A stretch of DNA of 64,000 nt, from positions 327,794,001 to 327,858,000 of the forward strand of contig OZ024743.1 in NCBI GenBank assembly GCA_964016885.1. The letters run 5' to 3'. Source of the DNA: Eledone cirrhosa. Lineage: Eukaryota. A program made the position numbers and the translations under genes. Below, piece after piece: positions 1-13,536 of the stretch. Position 1 is the first letter of the stretch; each line of letters begins with the position of its first letter. The notes under the pieces were generated by a model. It was not told the DNA's origin, did not search any database, and saw only the letters and a list, made by a program, of their open reading frames with translations.

Positions 1-678
1 TGCACGTAATGCCCATGTATCACTGCCATGTAACATTGCTGTTCGTATACAAGCACCATACAATCTGCCTTTCATTTTTAGAGAGAAGCCTTTTGTGGCC
101 AACAGCGGTATAAGTTCTCTGAACTTTTTCCATCCCGTTCTAAGTCTGGCTACTGTACTTTCAGAGCACCCTCCACCAGTGCTGATTTTGTCACCCAGGT
201 AACGGAAAGTGTCCACTATTTATATAGAGGCATCTGGGCAGTAGAATGAGCTAGTATCATGGGGGCACTTGCTATTTATTGCACCTGAGCATCAGCCACA
301 TAAAATCTATGTTCTTAGATAGCTTGCCTGTGATCCCACTACATTTTTTTATGTACCCAAAGTTTGCATTTGGGACATAAAAGGGAATTTCTACCTACTC
401 CTTTCCTACACACTGAGCATGGCCATTTCCCAGAGGGCATCTGTGCCCTATTTTGTTTTCTACATACTAGAACTTTAATCTTAGACAAGTTAACTTTAAG
501 GCCTTTTGGTTCTAAGCCATGCTTCCATGTTTGGAATTTCTTCTCTAGTTCAGCCATAGATTCAGCTATGAGAGTTAGATCATCTGTGTATAGAAGTTCC
601 CATATGCACCCGATCTTAAACTCCTCTGTTATAGTCTGAAGGGCAATAATAAACAGGAGGGGGCTAAGGACAGAGCCT
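1..678 (-). mobile_element. RTE-clade LINE fragment (subfamily B; RT C-terminal and Cys-rich part), degraded
   Basis: ORF 339-557 (KWPCSVCRKGVGRNSLLCPKCKLWVHK) and adjacent RT remnants; closely similar to 16013-16782 and 55400-56355. Confidence 0.85.
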
Positions 679-708
679 CACTTTATATATATAGATATAA
701 TTATATAT

Positions 709-709
709 T

Positions 710-740
<31 letters not shown>

Positions 741-1000
741 CCGTTTTACGTCCGTTCTTCCACGCTAGCATGGGTTAGACGGGTTGTCCTGTTGTGGGCA
801 GTAGCCGGTCAGCTGACCATGTCTTGCTCATACGGGGAACTGATTCTGGCTTAATGTCTACAGTTGGATGCCCTCCCTAACACTAACCTCATTTACAGTG
901 AGTGCTGGGTGCTTTTTTTCCGTGGCGCCTAGACGTCCACTTTACAGTGTGGGCTGGGTGCTTTTTTTGCTGTGGTACCTCCACAACCACTTTGCAGTGG
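709..1000 (-). mobile_element. RTE-type 3' tail / SINE 3' part ending in (GAT)n
   Basis: (CAT)n at 709-740 followed by the 'ctggatgccc..ctaacac..aacctcatttacagtg' block shared with the SINE copies at 25368-25576 and 54600-54942. Confidence 0.65.
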
Positions 1001-1021
1001 GATATATATATATATATATAT

Positions 1022-1149
1022 ATATTGTTATACTTGGGGAGGGTCATATTGTTGTAATAATATTGCCAGAAATAATAACAGAACACACTCACTATGGAGA
1101 TATAAAAGATGCAGAAGCGAAAACCAACCAAACAGTTAGTGTGTTCTGT

Positions 1150-1152
<3 letters not shown>
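1022..1152 (-). mobile_element. 130-bp PLE pLTR 3'-end remnant with a 5' inversion, inserted in (TA)n
   Basis: 1022-1092 is the reverse complement of ~42540-42608; 1098-1151 matches 42501-42556 forward; (TA)n on both sides. Confidence 0.7.
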
Positions 1153-1184
<32 letters not shown>

Positions 1185-1187
<3 letters not shown>

Positions 1188-4100
1188 TCATCATCATCAT
1201 CATTTTACGTCCACTTTTCCCTGCTTGCAAGGGTGGGACGGGTCTTATTCAGCACAGCATCTCTCCACTCGTCACTGTCCTTCGTCATCTCCACCGTGAG
1301 CTTCAATGATCTGAGGTCTGTTCTCACCACCTCCGCCCATGTTTTTCGTGGTCTACCTCTACCACGTCTTCCTTCAACTGGTATTTCCTGGCACTTCTTC
1401 ACCCATCGGTCATCCTCCATGCGCATCACATGTCCATACCACCTCAGTCGCCTCTCCCGTACACTACATTCTATCCCTCTCAGACACAGTTTCTCTCTCA
1501 ACACATTTATGCTGGGTCGTTCACGCACATTTACATTGCACATCCAACGGAGCATGCTTGCCTCATTTCTCTCCAGCCGTCGCATATCCTCTGCAGTTGC
1601 TGTCCATGTCTCACTACCATGCAGCATCGCGCTCCTCACACAGGCATCATACAACCGGCCTTTCGTACGCAGGGAGAAACCCTTCTTCGTCAACAGCGGA
1701 AGAAGCTCCCTAAACTTCTTCCAACCCGTCCTTATTCTAGATACTATGGCCTCGGAACACCCTCCTCCCATGCTAATCTGATCTCCTAGGTACCGGAAGC
1801 TATCCACCACTTCTATAGCGCCCTCCTGCATCTGAAAAATGTGTCTATCAATGCGACTTCTACTGACTAATTTCCCTGTACATCTACTGCATACATATTT
1901 CTCCCTACTTGTTAGTTTGCCTGCTATCCCGCTACATCTCTTGTGTACCCAGGATCTGCATTGTGTGCATTTTATAGAATTTATGCCAGTTCCTTTTCTG
2001 CATATCGAACATGGCTATTTCCCTGACGGAATCAGGGTTTTGTCCTCTTTTCTACTCATCAACACTTTTGTCTTAGCTAGGTTCACTCTCAGTCCTCTTG
2101 CTTCCAACTGCTGTTTCCATAGCCAGAATTTATTCTCTAGCTCCTCTACTGATTCTGCTATAAGAAACAGATCGTCAGCATAGAGAAGTTCCCATGGACA
2201 GCCAGTCTTAAACTCCTCTGTTATGGCTTGGAGGACTATAATGAACAAGAGCGGGCTGAGGACCGAACCTTGATGTACTCCTACTTGTATCTGTAATTCC
2301 TTACTAAACTCCATTCCTATCCTGACTTTACTGAGAGTACCTCTGTACAAAGTTTGCACTGTCCTCACAAGCCATTCCTCAACACCTAGCTTCCTTAGGG
2401 ACCACCAGATTACAGATCGGGGTAACCTATCAAAGGCCTTCTCTAGGTCAACAAAGGCTAAGAACTTCTCTTGCAATTGTCTCACCAAGAAGAGGGCATC
2501 TGTTGTGCTCTTCCCAGGCACAAAACCAAACTGCATCTCATCTAGTTTGACCCTTTTTCTAATTAGTTGTGCTAATGTCCTTTCTGCCATTTTCATAACC
2601 TGATCCATCAGTTTTATAATTGCTCCGCTCCAGAGCATCCCCTTTACCTTTGTAGCAATTTATGAGAATACTGCTGCACCAGTCTTTGGGTATGACACCA
2701 CCATATATAGCCTGATTGATGATGCGTGCAACCAGTTTAGTACCTACGTCCCCTGATGCTTTCAGCATCTCAGCAACTATTCCCGATGGTCCAGCAGCCT
2801 TACCATTTTTCATTTCCCTAATCGCCTCTTGGACCCTATATTCGTCAATCTCAATAGCTGGTCCCTCTGTCGGATGTACTAAGGGTAATTTATCTCTCTC
2901 CCATTCATTCTCCACATTCATCAGTCTCTCATAATGACATTTCCAGGCCTCCTTTTTCTGATCATTCGTGATACTAAGTACACCGGCATCATCCCGGACA
3001 CATTTATCTCCAACAACATTCTGATTTGTATTGACACACTGCTTTGCAATGTGGAACACCGCACGCCTCTGATTTTCCCGTCGCAGAACATTGGCAAACC
3101 TCCTACTCTCCGCCTCCCTGCGTGCTAAGTACACCTGACGTCTAGCTTCTCCAAGCCTTCCATGCTAGTCTTTTGTCTCTAATGGCCTTATCCACTGTGC
3201 TGTTCCACCACCAGGTCACTCTCTGTCTGGTTGGAGCTCTGCTCCAGCCACAAGTTTCATCAGTAGCCTGCAGCAAGTTGTCACGTAAGAAATTCCAGTT
3301 ATTATCTGTCATACGTCTCTAAATCGACTTCTTTTTCGTCATATACATGAAGGGCTTTCCTAAATTTGTATTTTAGTGAAATGTCTTTTAGTTTCCAGAC
3401 CTTTCTTCCCCACACCTTCCTGTATGTCTCATTCCATCTCTTGCTTACTGAGATATCACTAACGACTAACCTATGCTGTGGGGTACATTCTTCCCCAGGG
3501 TATGCCTTGGTATTAGACACTATCTGCCTGTCCCGCTGTCTAACTAGTATGAAGTCAATATGGCTTATGTGCTCACCAGATTTGTAGGTTATTAGGTGAT
3601 TGGCAGGTTTCTAGAAGTTTGTGTTGCAAATAGTCAATGTACCTGCATCACAAAATTCAAGAAGTCTCACTCATTCTTCATTTCTTGAGCCGTAACCGTG
3701 CCCACCATGTACCCCAGTGTAACCATCCTGGAGTTGTCCAACATGACCATTGAAGTCTCCTGCTAGCATAACGATGTCTCCGTCCTCTGTCATTGCGGTT
3801 GTTTGTAAAAGTTGCTCGTAAAAGCAGTCTTTCTCATCTTTGCCTAGGCCTGCTTGGGGAGCATAGGCCGAGATGATTGTCAGTAGTCTCCTGCCTACAA
3901 CTAATCTAAGTTTAATTATTCGATTACTAACTCGAACTACCTCTATTGTCTTATTGATCCATTTCTCAGCCAGGAAAATGCCTACTCCTCCTAACCCATC
4001 ATCCTTACCTACCCAGAATAGCTTATAGCTAAGACGTTTGCCTACGACTAGTCTCGCAGAGGCACCTCTTCATCTTACCTCTTGCACGCAGCACACATCC

Positions 4101-4200
4101 ACATGCCTTCTCTCCAGCATCTCCGCTATTTCAGCAGATCTACCTCTGAGAGTGCCAACATTAAGTGTTGAAACTCTGAGATGCGACGTCTTCATATTTT
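1185..4200 (-). mobile_element. RTE-clade LINE (subfamily A), near full length, frameshifted: APE endonuclease + RT
   Basis: ORFs 1205-1831, 2015-2638 (FVDLEKAFD, GVHQGSVLSPLLF, LLYADD), 2559-3134, 3302-3520; APE remnants to ~4200; (GAT)n tail. Confidence 0.92.
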
Positions 4201-4374
4201 GTTGTTCCTATTTGTTGCTGTGCTGATAAGCGTGTTGGCATTGATACACTGGTTGGATGCCCTTCCTAACACCAGCGCCACTTTACAGCATGGACTGGGT
4301 GCTTTTATTTGTGCCACCAGCACTAGAGAGGAGACTCAAGGGCCCTCTCTACCCTCCATTTTACAGCTTGTTAA

Positions 4375-4419
<45 letters not shown>

Positions 4420-7400
4420 AGTATATGTTGGTTGTATACCAACACCTCAGAATGCAGATTGGAGCACTCGACGAAGTGTGCAGGTTGGTTTGTTTACTCC
4501 GGAGTAATGTAAAATAAAATAAAATAAATAAGTCAAATGTTTAAAATTTGGCTTCGTTTATTACTGCTATATATATTTCGGTGACAGCCATCTTTGGCTG
4601 TGACCTCTTCAGGCAGTCCGAATTAGTGTGGTAGAGACGAGTACACATGTTGTTGAGGTGTTTAACTTTGTCAATACTCTGATATGCCCAGTTCCTGGTT
4701 GGGTTGTAATTTCACTGAGGAACTGGAATCATATGAATTTAAACAAACGAATCTCAGCGTAAAAGGACCTCTTCTCCTCTCATTGGTCAGTTGTTAGAAC
4801 ATTCCTCAGTCAAAAGTCTATAGAAATTCTTTCTGAGGCAAGGCAATCTGTAGTGGTTGTTCTTGTTATTGTTAGGTATATCTGACCTCTACTCTTATGT
4901 TGGTAGTGGTGTTGTTGTTGGAGTCAGCTCAAAAAAATGATAAAGTGGTAGAAGGAATAAGATGGTAAAGGAACAAAATCAAATAAAATAATCAAATAAA
5001 ATGTGTGTGTGTTATACCCATCTCAATGTTATAAAGATTTGCAAGGTCACTCTTCCCATTGGTTAGTTTTGAGACCATTCCTCAGTCAAAAGTCTATAGA
5101 AATTCTTTCTGGGGTGAGGCTCCCTGTAGTGTTTGTATTTGCTATTGTTAAGTACATCTGACCTCTACCCTTATTTTGGTAGTGTTGTTGGTGTTGTGGT
5201 CAGCCTATGTCTTGCTGCTGCTGACATTTAGAAGTATCTGTGTGTGTGTGTTTCTTCATACCTCCTGCCACCATCTCTCGTGGTGGTGGTGGTGGTGGGG
5301 TGGGGGGGGGGGGGGGGGTTCTGCCATGTATATGAAGAAATAGAAGGCAATAAAATGAAGAAAACAGAAAATAAATAATAAATAGAGAATAAATGAAAAA
5401 TTAATGAAAAAGTAATGAAAAATGAAAATGAAAAGTGAAAAATAAAAATGAAGAGTCAAATAAAATAAAATGTGTGTGTGCTATAACCAATCTCATGGTC
5501 AGAAAGATGGTAGGAGGAACAAGATGGTAAAAGAATAAGACGAAATAGGATAATCAAATAAAATGTGTATGTGTTATAACCAATCTCAACTTAAATATAA
5601 ATATAAGGCGATAAAGTGAAGAAAACAGAAAACAAATAACAAATGAAAAATGAAAAATCAAGTAAAATAAAATGTGTGTGTGTTATAAAGATGTTGGCCA
5701 AATTATAAGGGCTGTGTCAGAATCAATCTCTAGGCTATCATGGTGTCTGCTCAGCCTGGGTTGGTCCCTATGGCTTGAGGGGAGTTCCCAACCTATGATG
5801 TTGTTACTGCCCATATAGCTTGAGGGAGGTCTGTCCGAGAGGTGTCTACATGTTCTGGAGAAGTCCCTATAACTTGAGGGGAGTTCACATCTTATTATGT
5901 TGCTACTGTCCATATATCTTGAGGAAGGTCCCGGCCCTGAGGTGTCTGCATGTCCCGAAGAAGTCGGTTCTGAGGTTTATCAGGCGGCTTCCACCTCTTA
6001 GTATCTCAAGGGTCTCGTTTAGACATAGTTTGCATATGCCAGATCTCCCTTTATGGGGTGGTACTTTCCTGATTATGGACCAGGCCAGAGAGTACGGGGT
6101 CCTGTCCAGCTTAAGCTTCCAGATCAGGTCGGAGAGAGCCGTACTTTTCCTTTTGGCCTCCTTATTGAAGGAATGGCGATGGTTATACCAACGGTCTTTA
6201 AAGCTCGTTGATGTGGCTCCTATGTAGAGGTGTTCGGAGTTGGGGGTTTTAACCCTACATCCGTATATTAGGTTCTTCTTAAGGCATTCATTACTAAGGG
6301 GGCATGATTCGGGGTTTCTGCAGTTGCAGAGGGTGGTCGACCTCTGCGTGCCTAGAGTGGGGTTCCCGTTATGTGTTACATGGTGGTCTTCCCCCAGGCA
6401 CGGTGGGGGGTCTCCGGGTCTGTTTGAGTTTCTTGGGTGGGAACTGGGTCCCCCCTTCTCTCCTTCCATATGGTTCTGCTGGGTGCTTGTATTGCCATCT
6501 TCTGGTTGTGTGTGGTTTTTAATCCTACTCCTGTTGATGGTAGCTATGTGTTGGGCCAGATTTCTCGTGGTGGAATACGAGAGCTTCACAGTGTGTCTGT
6601 TGAAGATCTTGTGGTATCTATGGTCCCTCGGGAAGCATTTATCAAGTGCTCCAAAAAATGATCGGGCCAAGCTGTTCTTTAGGGCCGCTGAGTAGTGTGG
6701 GTTGTACCACGCGATTTTTCTGCGTCTCCTCCTATATGGGTGGGTTGGGGGAGTCGTGAGTTGTTGGAGATTTGTTGGGTTGCTGGTGTTTCACGCACTG
6801 TTGTTTCCCCTTTGGGCGCTATGCGTTTTGCTATCTTCACGGCCCGAATCTGTAGGGTGGTCCCCCTTTACCCCCCCCCCCCCCTCACGTGTCATGCGGT
6901 TGGGGTCATCGGGCCCGGGGTGGTTAACATCACCCCTGAGACTGCTACTCATATTAGGTTTCATCTCATGGTTAAGCGTACTCGTCACCAATGCCCGTGT
7001 GGTGGTGTCGGGCTCGTGGTGCCTATTTGTTTCTGTTATGCCTGTATTGCTAGGGTTCACCCCCTCCCGGACAACGCGGGTCTGGATGCCCGTTGGGCCA
7101 TCCCCATCCCGGCGTTTCGGACTATATGTTATATTTTGGCCATGTGCCGCCTTATTTAGAGCTGCGTTGTAATATGCCGCGTTGTTATCGAAGATTTCCT
7201 TACTTGCGGACAGACTGGAGATCCTGTCCGAGACAGTCTTCACCACGGCCTTGGTTATGGATCTAGGGTGGTTTGACTTGGCGTTAACATACACAAGTTT
7301 CTCGTTGGGCTTGTGGTAGGGGTAGTATTGTTCGGTGTTCAGGTTTAGGGTGGTGTTTAGGAAGTTAACTATCTTTCTATTTGGGTCTAGTTCGATACTG

Positions 7401-8200
7401 AGCCCCTGGTTCTTAAAGAAATAGCGAATACGCCTCCCCATTCCCTCCAACATAGTGGTGCTGTGGTCATATACTGTGAAGAGAGCATCGTCACGATATA
7501 ATCCGCCGCCCAGGCAGGGGATTTTATCTTTTATCTGCTTCAGCAGGAAGAGACCAACCAGGTCCGTTACCTGTGCTGAGTCGCTGGTGCCCATCGTGAT
7601 GTCAAAGTTATTTGGCCAATCACTCCTGGTCCAAAGGTCTCCATCGAAACAGATTAAGGTCTTTTTTGCGGCGTGGATGATCATCACCTCCTCTCGGATT
7701 AGGTCCGTATTGGACATCGCTTAAATAGGGCCTTATTGAGTACTATGGATGAGATTGAGGAGTAGTAGCCTGCAATATCCAGTTGTATAAAGCTGGTCTT
7801 ACTTTTCTCATGTAGTATCTTAAACCATTCTATTACCTCTCCCGTACATGACCATTGCTGTAATCTAGTTTTTTCCGAAGCTTGGGCAAAATCCTATCTA
7901 ATATTCTTTTACTGACGATCCCTAGGTCAGATCTGGAGGGGGATATCAGTCTGACAGGGAGGTCGGACTCAAAGTTTGGCTTGTGATCTTTAAGGGTAAT
8001 CCGCGGCTGCCTTGGTTGGTATGGGGCCGTCCTGTCCTCTATGCCGAGTCCAGATATAATCCTGTAAGCTGTGGCATTGATCTCATCCAGGGTAAATCCA
8101 AGTGTTTTTTTGTAGCACTTCCTCAGTTCCCTGAGAAATTTATGTAGAAGCTTGTATAATTCTTCAGTGGGTGCCCAATAATATTAATATTGATAACCAA
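4420..8200 (-). mobile_element. Penelope-like retroelement, Naiad-type: RT + C-terminal GIY-YIG endonuclease, long 3' UTR/pLTR; frameshifted
   Basis: ORF 6791-7717 (FDITMG..LVGLFLL, GLYRDD, VNFLNTTLNL, SNHP); ORF 5903-6670 (CNCR..CPL..C, IYGC..YIGAT, CKLCL.E, LINLR..CRH); hammerhead at 4563-4617; 3' end abuts (TA)n. Confidence 0.9.
4563..4617 (-). ncRNA. Type I hammerhead ribozyme in PLE pLTR
   Basis: Minus strand reads actgc-CTGAAGA-ggtcacagcc aaagat ggctgtcacc-GAAA-tatat-ATA-gcagt; stem I actgc/gcagt; AATAAA immediately downstream. Confidence 0.82.
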
Positions 8201-8400
8201 ATCAACATCAATATTTAGCGATAATCACTATCAGTGCTTGAGGGAGCTGCTAGGTTGTTAGTCCAGCAGTTCTAAAGAAAATCTCACACTGTCTCGAAAA
8301 TAGGAGGAAGGAGATTACCGCCAAAAAATAATACATGCGCAGGTCAATGAATTCTGAAAAGAATTCAAGCCACGTGCTAGAACTCAATTGGATTTGAAAA

Positions 8401-8476
<76 letters not shown>

Positions 8477-8480
<4 letters not shown>

Positions 8481-8640
8481 ATAATAATAAATTTGAAGAC
8501 TAAAATCCAAAGAGGGCTCGATAGGATAAATATATATCAAATATATAAGAACCGTAGAGCAAATATTTATTAAAATAACAGATTAAAGTTTAAGCAAAGA
8601 ATCGCTGCTTTCACCCTTAACGGGATCTTCTGAAACTAAC
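8477..8640 (-). mobile_element. PLE pLTR 3'-end remnant with degenerate hammerhead
   Basis: Minus strand cagaaga-tcccgttaagggt-GAAA, then AATAAA, ATCGAGCCCTC motif and (TA)n; rearranged second copy at 13363-13460. Confidence 0.5.
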
Positions 8641-8661
8641 AAAGTCAATCTGTAAACGCAG

Positions 8662-9692
8662 AAGTGGATATTTCAAAAAACGTTGCAACCGGAGGAAGAC
8701 AGGAAGACGATACTTTGGTTCATGGTGACGTTCGCTGGCAAAGAACGGGAAAAAACGAATAATACGTCTTTAATAGGAGCGGTGAAAAACAATTACGCGC
8801 AAAGACGTCTTGATGTGGGAGCTAAGTATGTTTTGTTTATACCATTACTTATTTGCATAGGTAAGTATATTTTACCCGTATGTTTTGTGAAGGTACGTAT
8901 ACCTTCTCGTACGTATATTTGATTGTTTATGTTATGGCGTATAATTTTATATATTCTGGTACATATGGTTTGGCTATGTGTATACGGGAGTTTTGCGTCT
9001 GTGTGAGTATGCAGGTTCGTACGTATGTAGGGTGTGTATATATGTGTACTTCATGTTTTGGTTGACTTACGTCTCCGAACATTCGTGTATTTAGATGTAG
9101 GTATGTGTGTGCGCTTGTTATATACGTATTTATATATTTATATACGTTTATATAATTATTTATTTATTTGTATACACGCATACACACACACACATATTTA
9201 TATGTGCGTGGTTTTGTATACCGATGGTAAGTGTTCTGCGTATGCTTGTGTATATACGTATTTGTTTGCGTGTATGTATTTATTTATTTCTATTACTTCT
9301 GTATTGTATTTATTTACTTTGTTCTTAACTCTGTAGCGGAGATTCATCCGGTCTCCTAGTTAGAATTTTAGTCTACGACTTCTGCTATACCATTTACGTG
9401 GTTTTGTCTTTGCGTGCTATTGTTCCCCACGCTCCACATATGACGTATTATCTTCGTTTTTTTCGTTCATTGCCAGAGAACGTCTCTATGAACCACCTAA
9501 GAGAACATTAGTCTACGACCTCTTTTATACCATAAACGTGGTTCCGTCTTTGCGCGTAATTGTTTTTCACCGCTCATATTAATGACGTATTATATTCGTT
9601 TTTCCTCGTTCTTTGCCAGCGAACGTTTCCACGAACCAAAGTATCGTCTTCCTGTCTTCCTCCGGTTGCAACGTTTTTTGAAATATCCACTT
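8662..9692. mobile_element. MITE-like element with ~145-bp terminal inverted repeats
   Basis: 8662-8807 is the near-perfect reverse complement of 9545-9692; subterminal duplication at ~9369-9495 vs ~9509-9640; non-coding interior. Confidence 0.7.
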
Positions 9693-9916
9693 TTTTTTTA
9701 AATATCCAAATTTTTGCCAATGTTTTTGCCACCTGATCCTTGTTCTATGGCTGACTGACTAATTTTGTGACTTAATAAAATGTCATCATACTAGTAATGC
9801 ACAATGGTCATTTTTAAATTTAAATTTTATTAAATAGTTGTTGCTTGCATTGCCTTAAAATAGTAACAAGAATGTACACATACTTTTAAAAAATACATCA
9901 TTATCAGTCAAATCAG

Positions 9917-10276
9917 TCAAATGTCACTAAAAGCCAGGTGGTCGATAACAACTTCTATAAGATTAGTTACATGCGCACACATTGGATCACCTCTCATCAA
10001 TGGCATTGGGTGTCTGAGATAATCGTGGAGATAACTGATGAAGTCACAAATGAAGTGATGGCCTTCCAGTGTGAACAACTCCTTATATCCATTGATATAT
10101 GTGATGGCTTCCGATTCATAGGTGCATTTTATGAGGAATTCCATGCATCCGATTTTCAATGATTCAATGGGCATTTTATCAGAGATGATAAGGTATTTGA
10201 CCACGTTTTGCTTTGTAAGTAAATTGGATAGAATCACTGCAGTCAAAGTCATTTCTTTGCATGGGGTTTTGTCCAT
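9917..10276 (-). CDS. 119-aa ORF resembling a BTB-associated BACK/BPM C-terminal domain (exon or pseudogene)
   Basis: LSNLLTKQNVVKYLIISDKMPIESLKIGCMEFLI resembles the L..ENV..LL..AD.....LK..C..FI helix pattern of SPOP/BACK domains; a polypyrimidine-AG (ttttaactttttag) lies just upstream. Confidence 0.4.
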   Translation of the reverse strand: MDKTPCKEMTLTAVILSNLLTKQNVVKYLIISDKMPIESLKIGCMEFLIKCTYESEAITYINGYKELFTLEGHHFICDFISYLHDYLRHPMPLMRGDPMCAHVTNLIEVVIDHLAFSDI

Positions 10277-10577
10277 TCTAAAAAGTTAAAATGATAAAGT
10301 ATTGCTACTATATAACTTACATCTATTGTTGTAACACCATTGAAATGCACAAGTTTCACCAATTCACTATTATATTCACTAATCATCTCAAATGCATTCA
10401 TGATTTACTAGCTTTGTCATTAAGCCAGTTGCCTCAACTAGATTGCAATTATACTCAAAAGAACTTTAAAATGTCAATCACTTGTCAGTAATTCACTATG
10501 ATCATTTAATTATTAGATAGTTGTTGCTTGCATTGCCTTAAAAAATAGTAGACCAGATAGAAAAATGCGTACAGCAA

Positions 10578-10777
10578 NNNNNNNNNNNNNNNNNNNNNNN
10601 NNNNNNNNNNNNNNNNNNNNNNNNNNNNNNNNNNNNNNNNNNNNNNNNNNNNNNNNNNNNNNNNNNNNNNNNNNNNNNNNNNNNNNNNNNNNNNNNNNNN
10701 NNNNNNNNNNNNNNNNNNNNNNNNNNNNNNNNNNNNNNNNNNNNNNNNNNNNNNNNNNNNNNNNNNNNNNNNNNNNN
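10578..10777. other. Assembly gap (200 N)
   Basis: Run of N. Confidence 1.
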
Positions 10778-12119
<1,342 letters not shown>

Positions 12120-12162
12120 CCTGAACATTTCAAAAATCTCTACGGAATTAAATTGAATACTT

Positions 12163-13043
12163 CATCATCATCATCATCATCATCGATTAACATCTATCTT
12201 CCACACTAGCATGGGTAAGATGGGTTTGTCCCATTCAGAGGCAAGTTGGGTCGGGTGACCGTGCCTCGCTCATATAGGAGAGTTTCTGGCTGGATTTCTA
12301 TGGCTAGATGCCTTTTCTAATGCCAACCCATTGACAGTGTGTGCTGGGTGCTTTTTGTCATGTCACCTACACGACCACATTACAATATCGACTGGGCACT
12401 TTTTGTTGTGACAATGACCGCTTTACAGTGTGGACTGGGCACGTTTGTCAGGTCATTGACACGGCCACTTTACAGTGGGGCCTGTGCACTTTTCTGTTGG
12501 GACTAGGGAAGGTGGAGGAAGCTTGTTTGAAAATGTGGACAGGGTTGTAGGGGAGGTATGGTTTACCGCTAAAGGAGGTGAGTGAGAGGGGATAGACGGT
12601 TGAGGAAGGTGTTGCCTACTAGGTGTAAGCCTCAGCCTGAGAATAATAGAGGATGGGTCTTCTGTAAAACTGCATCGCATCAGAGGTCGCGGTCTAATGC
12701 CATGCCCTTTGAGAAGTGTAATTGTGCAAGGTCAGCTTTTATTACCTCATCCCAAATCTTCCTAGGCCTGCCCACACTACGGCTACCATCGACTTTGAGC
12801 GCTCTGCACTTTATTATACAGCTGCCACCCTTCATACGCATCACATGTACATACCAATGCAATCTCCTCTGCTGCATGCAACAACTGATCCCTCTTGTGC
12901 CTAATTTCTCACACAGTATATCTGCTGTTCACGTATATTGCCATTGCACATCCAGCGAAGCATGGAGGCTTCATTTCTTTCCAATCTTCACAGGTCTTCT
13001 TCACACAGTGCCCAGGTCTCGTTGTTGTGCAACATCGCTGTTC
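12163..13043 (-). mobile_element. RTE subfamily B 3' fragment with 3' UTR and (GAT)n tail
   Basis: ORF 12680-12877 (RRLHWYVHVMRM..GRPRKIW); 3' UTR similar to 15630-16013. Confidence 0.8.
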
Positions 13044-13044
13044 G

Positions 13045-13077
<33 letters not shown>

Positions 13078-13078
<1 letters not shown>

Positions 13079-13306
13079 GTGGTAGAACACTCAGTCCATG
13101 GAACGAGTTAGATAGTTTGGGGGTTTTGATAGCAGTTGTATCTGGTTCTGGTGTTCAGTATTTAGTTTGTGTATAATTGTGTGTTTGGGATTCTCCGTTT
13201 TCTGGTTGATGTTTGTTTATTGTGTGAGAATTCTTCATTTCTTGTGTTTTTTTGTATATTCCTGAATTTGAGGGTTTCTTCTGGGGGTTTTTTTTTGGGG
13301 GGGGGG

Positions 13307-13310
<4 letters not shown>
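13078..13310 (-). mobile_element. Short internally deleted derivative of the Neptune-type PLE
   Basis: 13118-13300 is the reverse complement of ~17305-17485; 13078-13107 is the reverse complement of the terminus at ~17230-17288; flanked by (TA)n. Confidence 0.65.
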
Positions 13311-13367
<57 letters not shown>

Positions 13368-13463
13368 ATAATAATAAATTGAAGACTAAAATCCAAAGAT
13401 TTCACCGTTAAGGGTGAAAGCAGCGATTCTTTGCTTAAACTTTAATCTGTTATTTTAATTAAA

Positions 13464-13534
<71 letters not shown>

Positions 13535-13536
<2 letters not shown>

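Noticed and set aside
1233-1789. Plus-strand ORFs over RTE, PLE and mariner copies
   Set aside because: Antisense shadows of transposon coding sequence with no independent motifs.
5903-6670. Selenocysteine recoding, as reported for some Naiad PLEs
   Set aside because: No in-frame TGA at the conserved Cys positions in the GIY-YIG ORFs here.
10278-10320. Intron joining an upstream exon to the BACK-like ORF
   Set aside because: GT..AG is present, but the intron would be only 43 nt and the reading-frame phases do not match.
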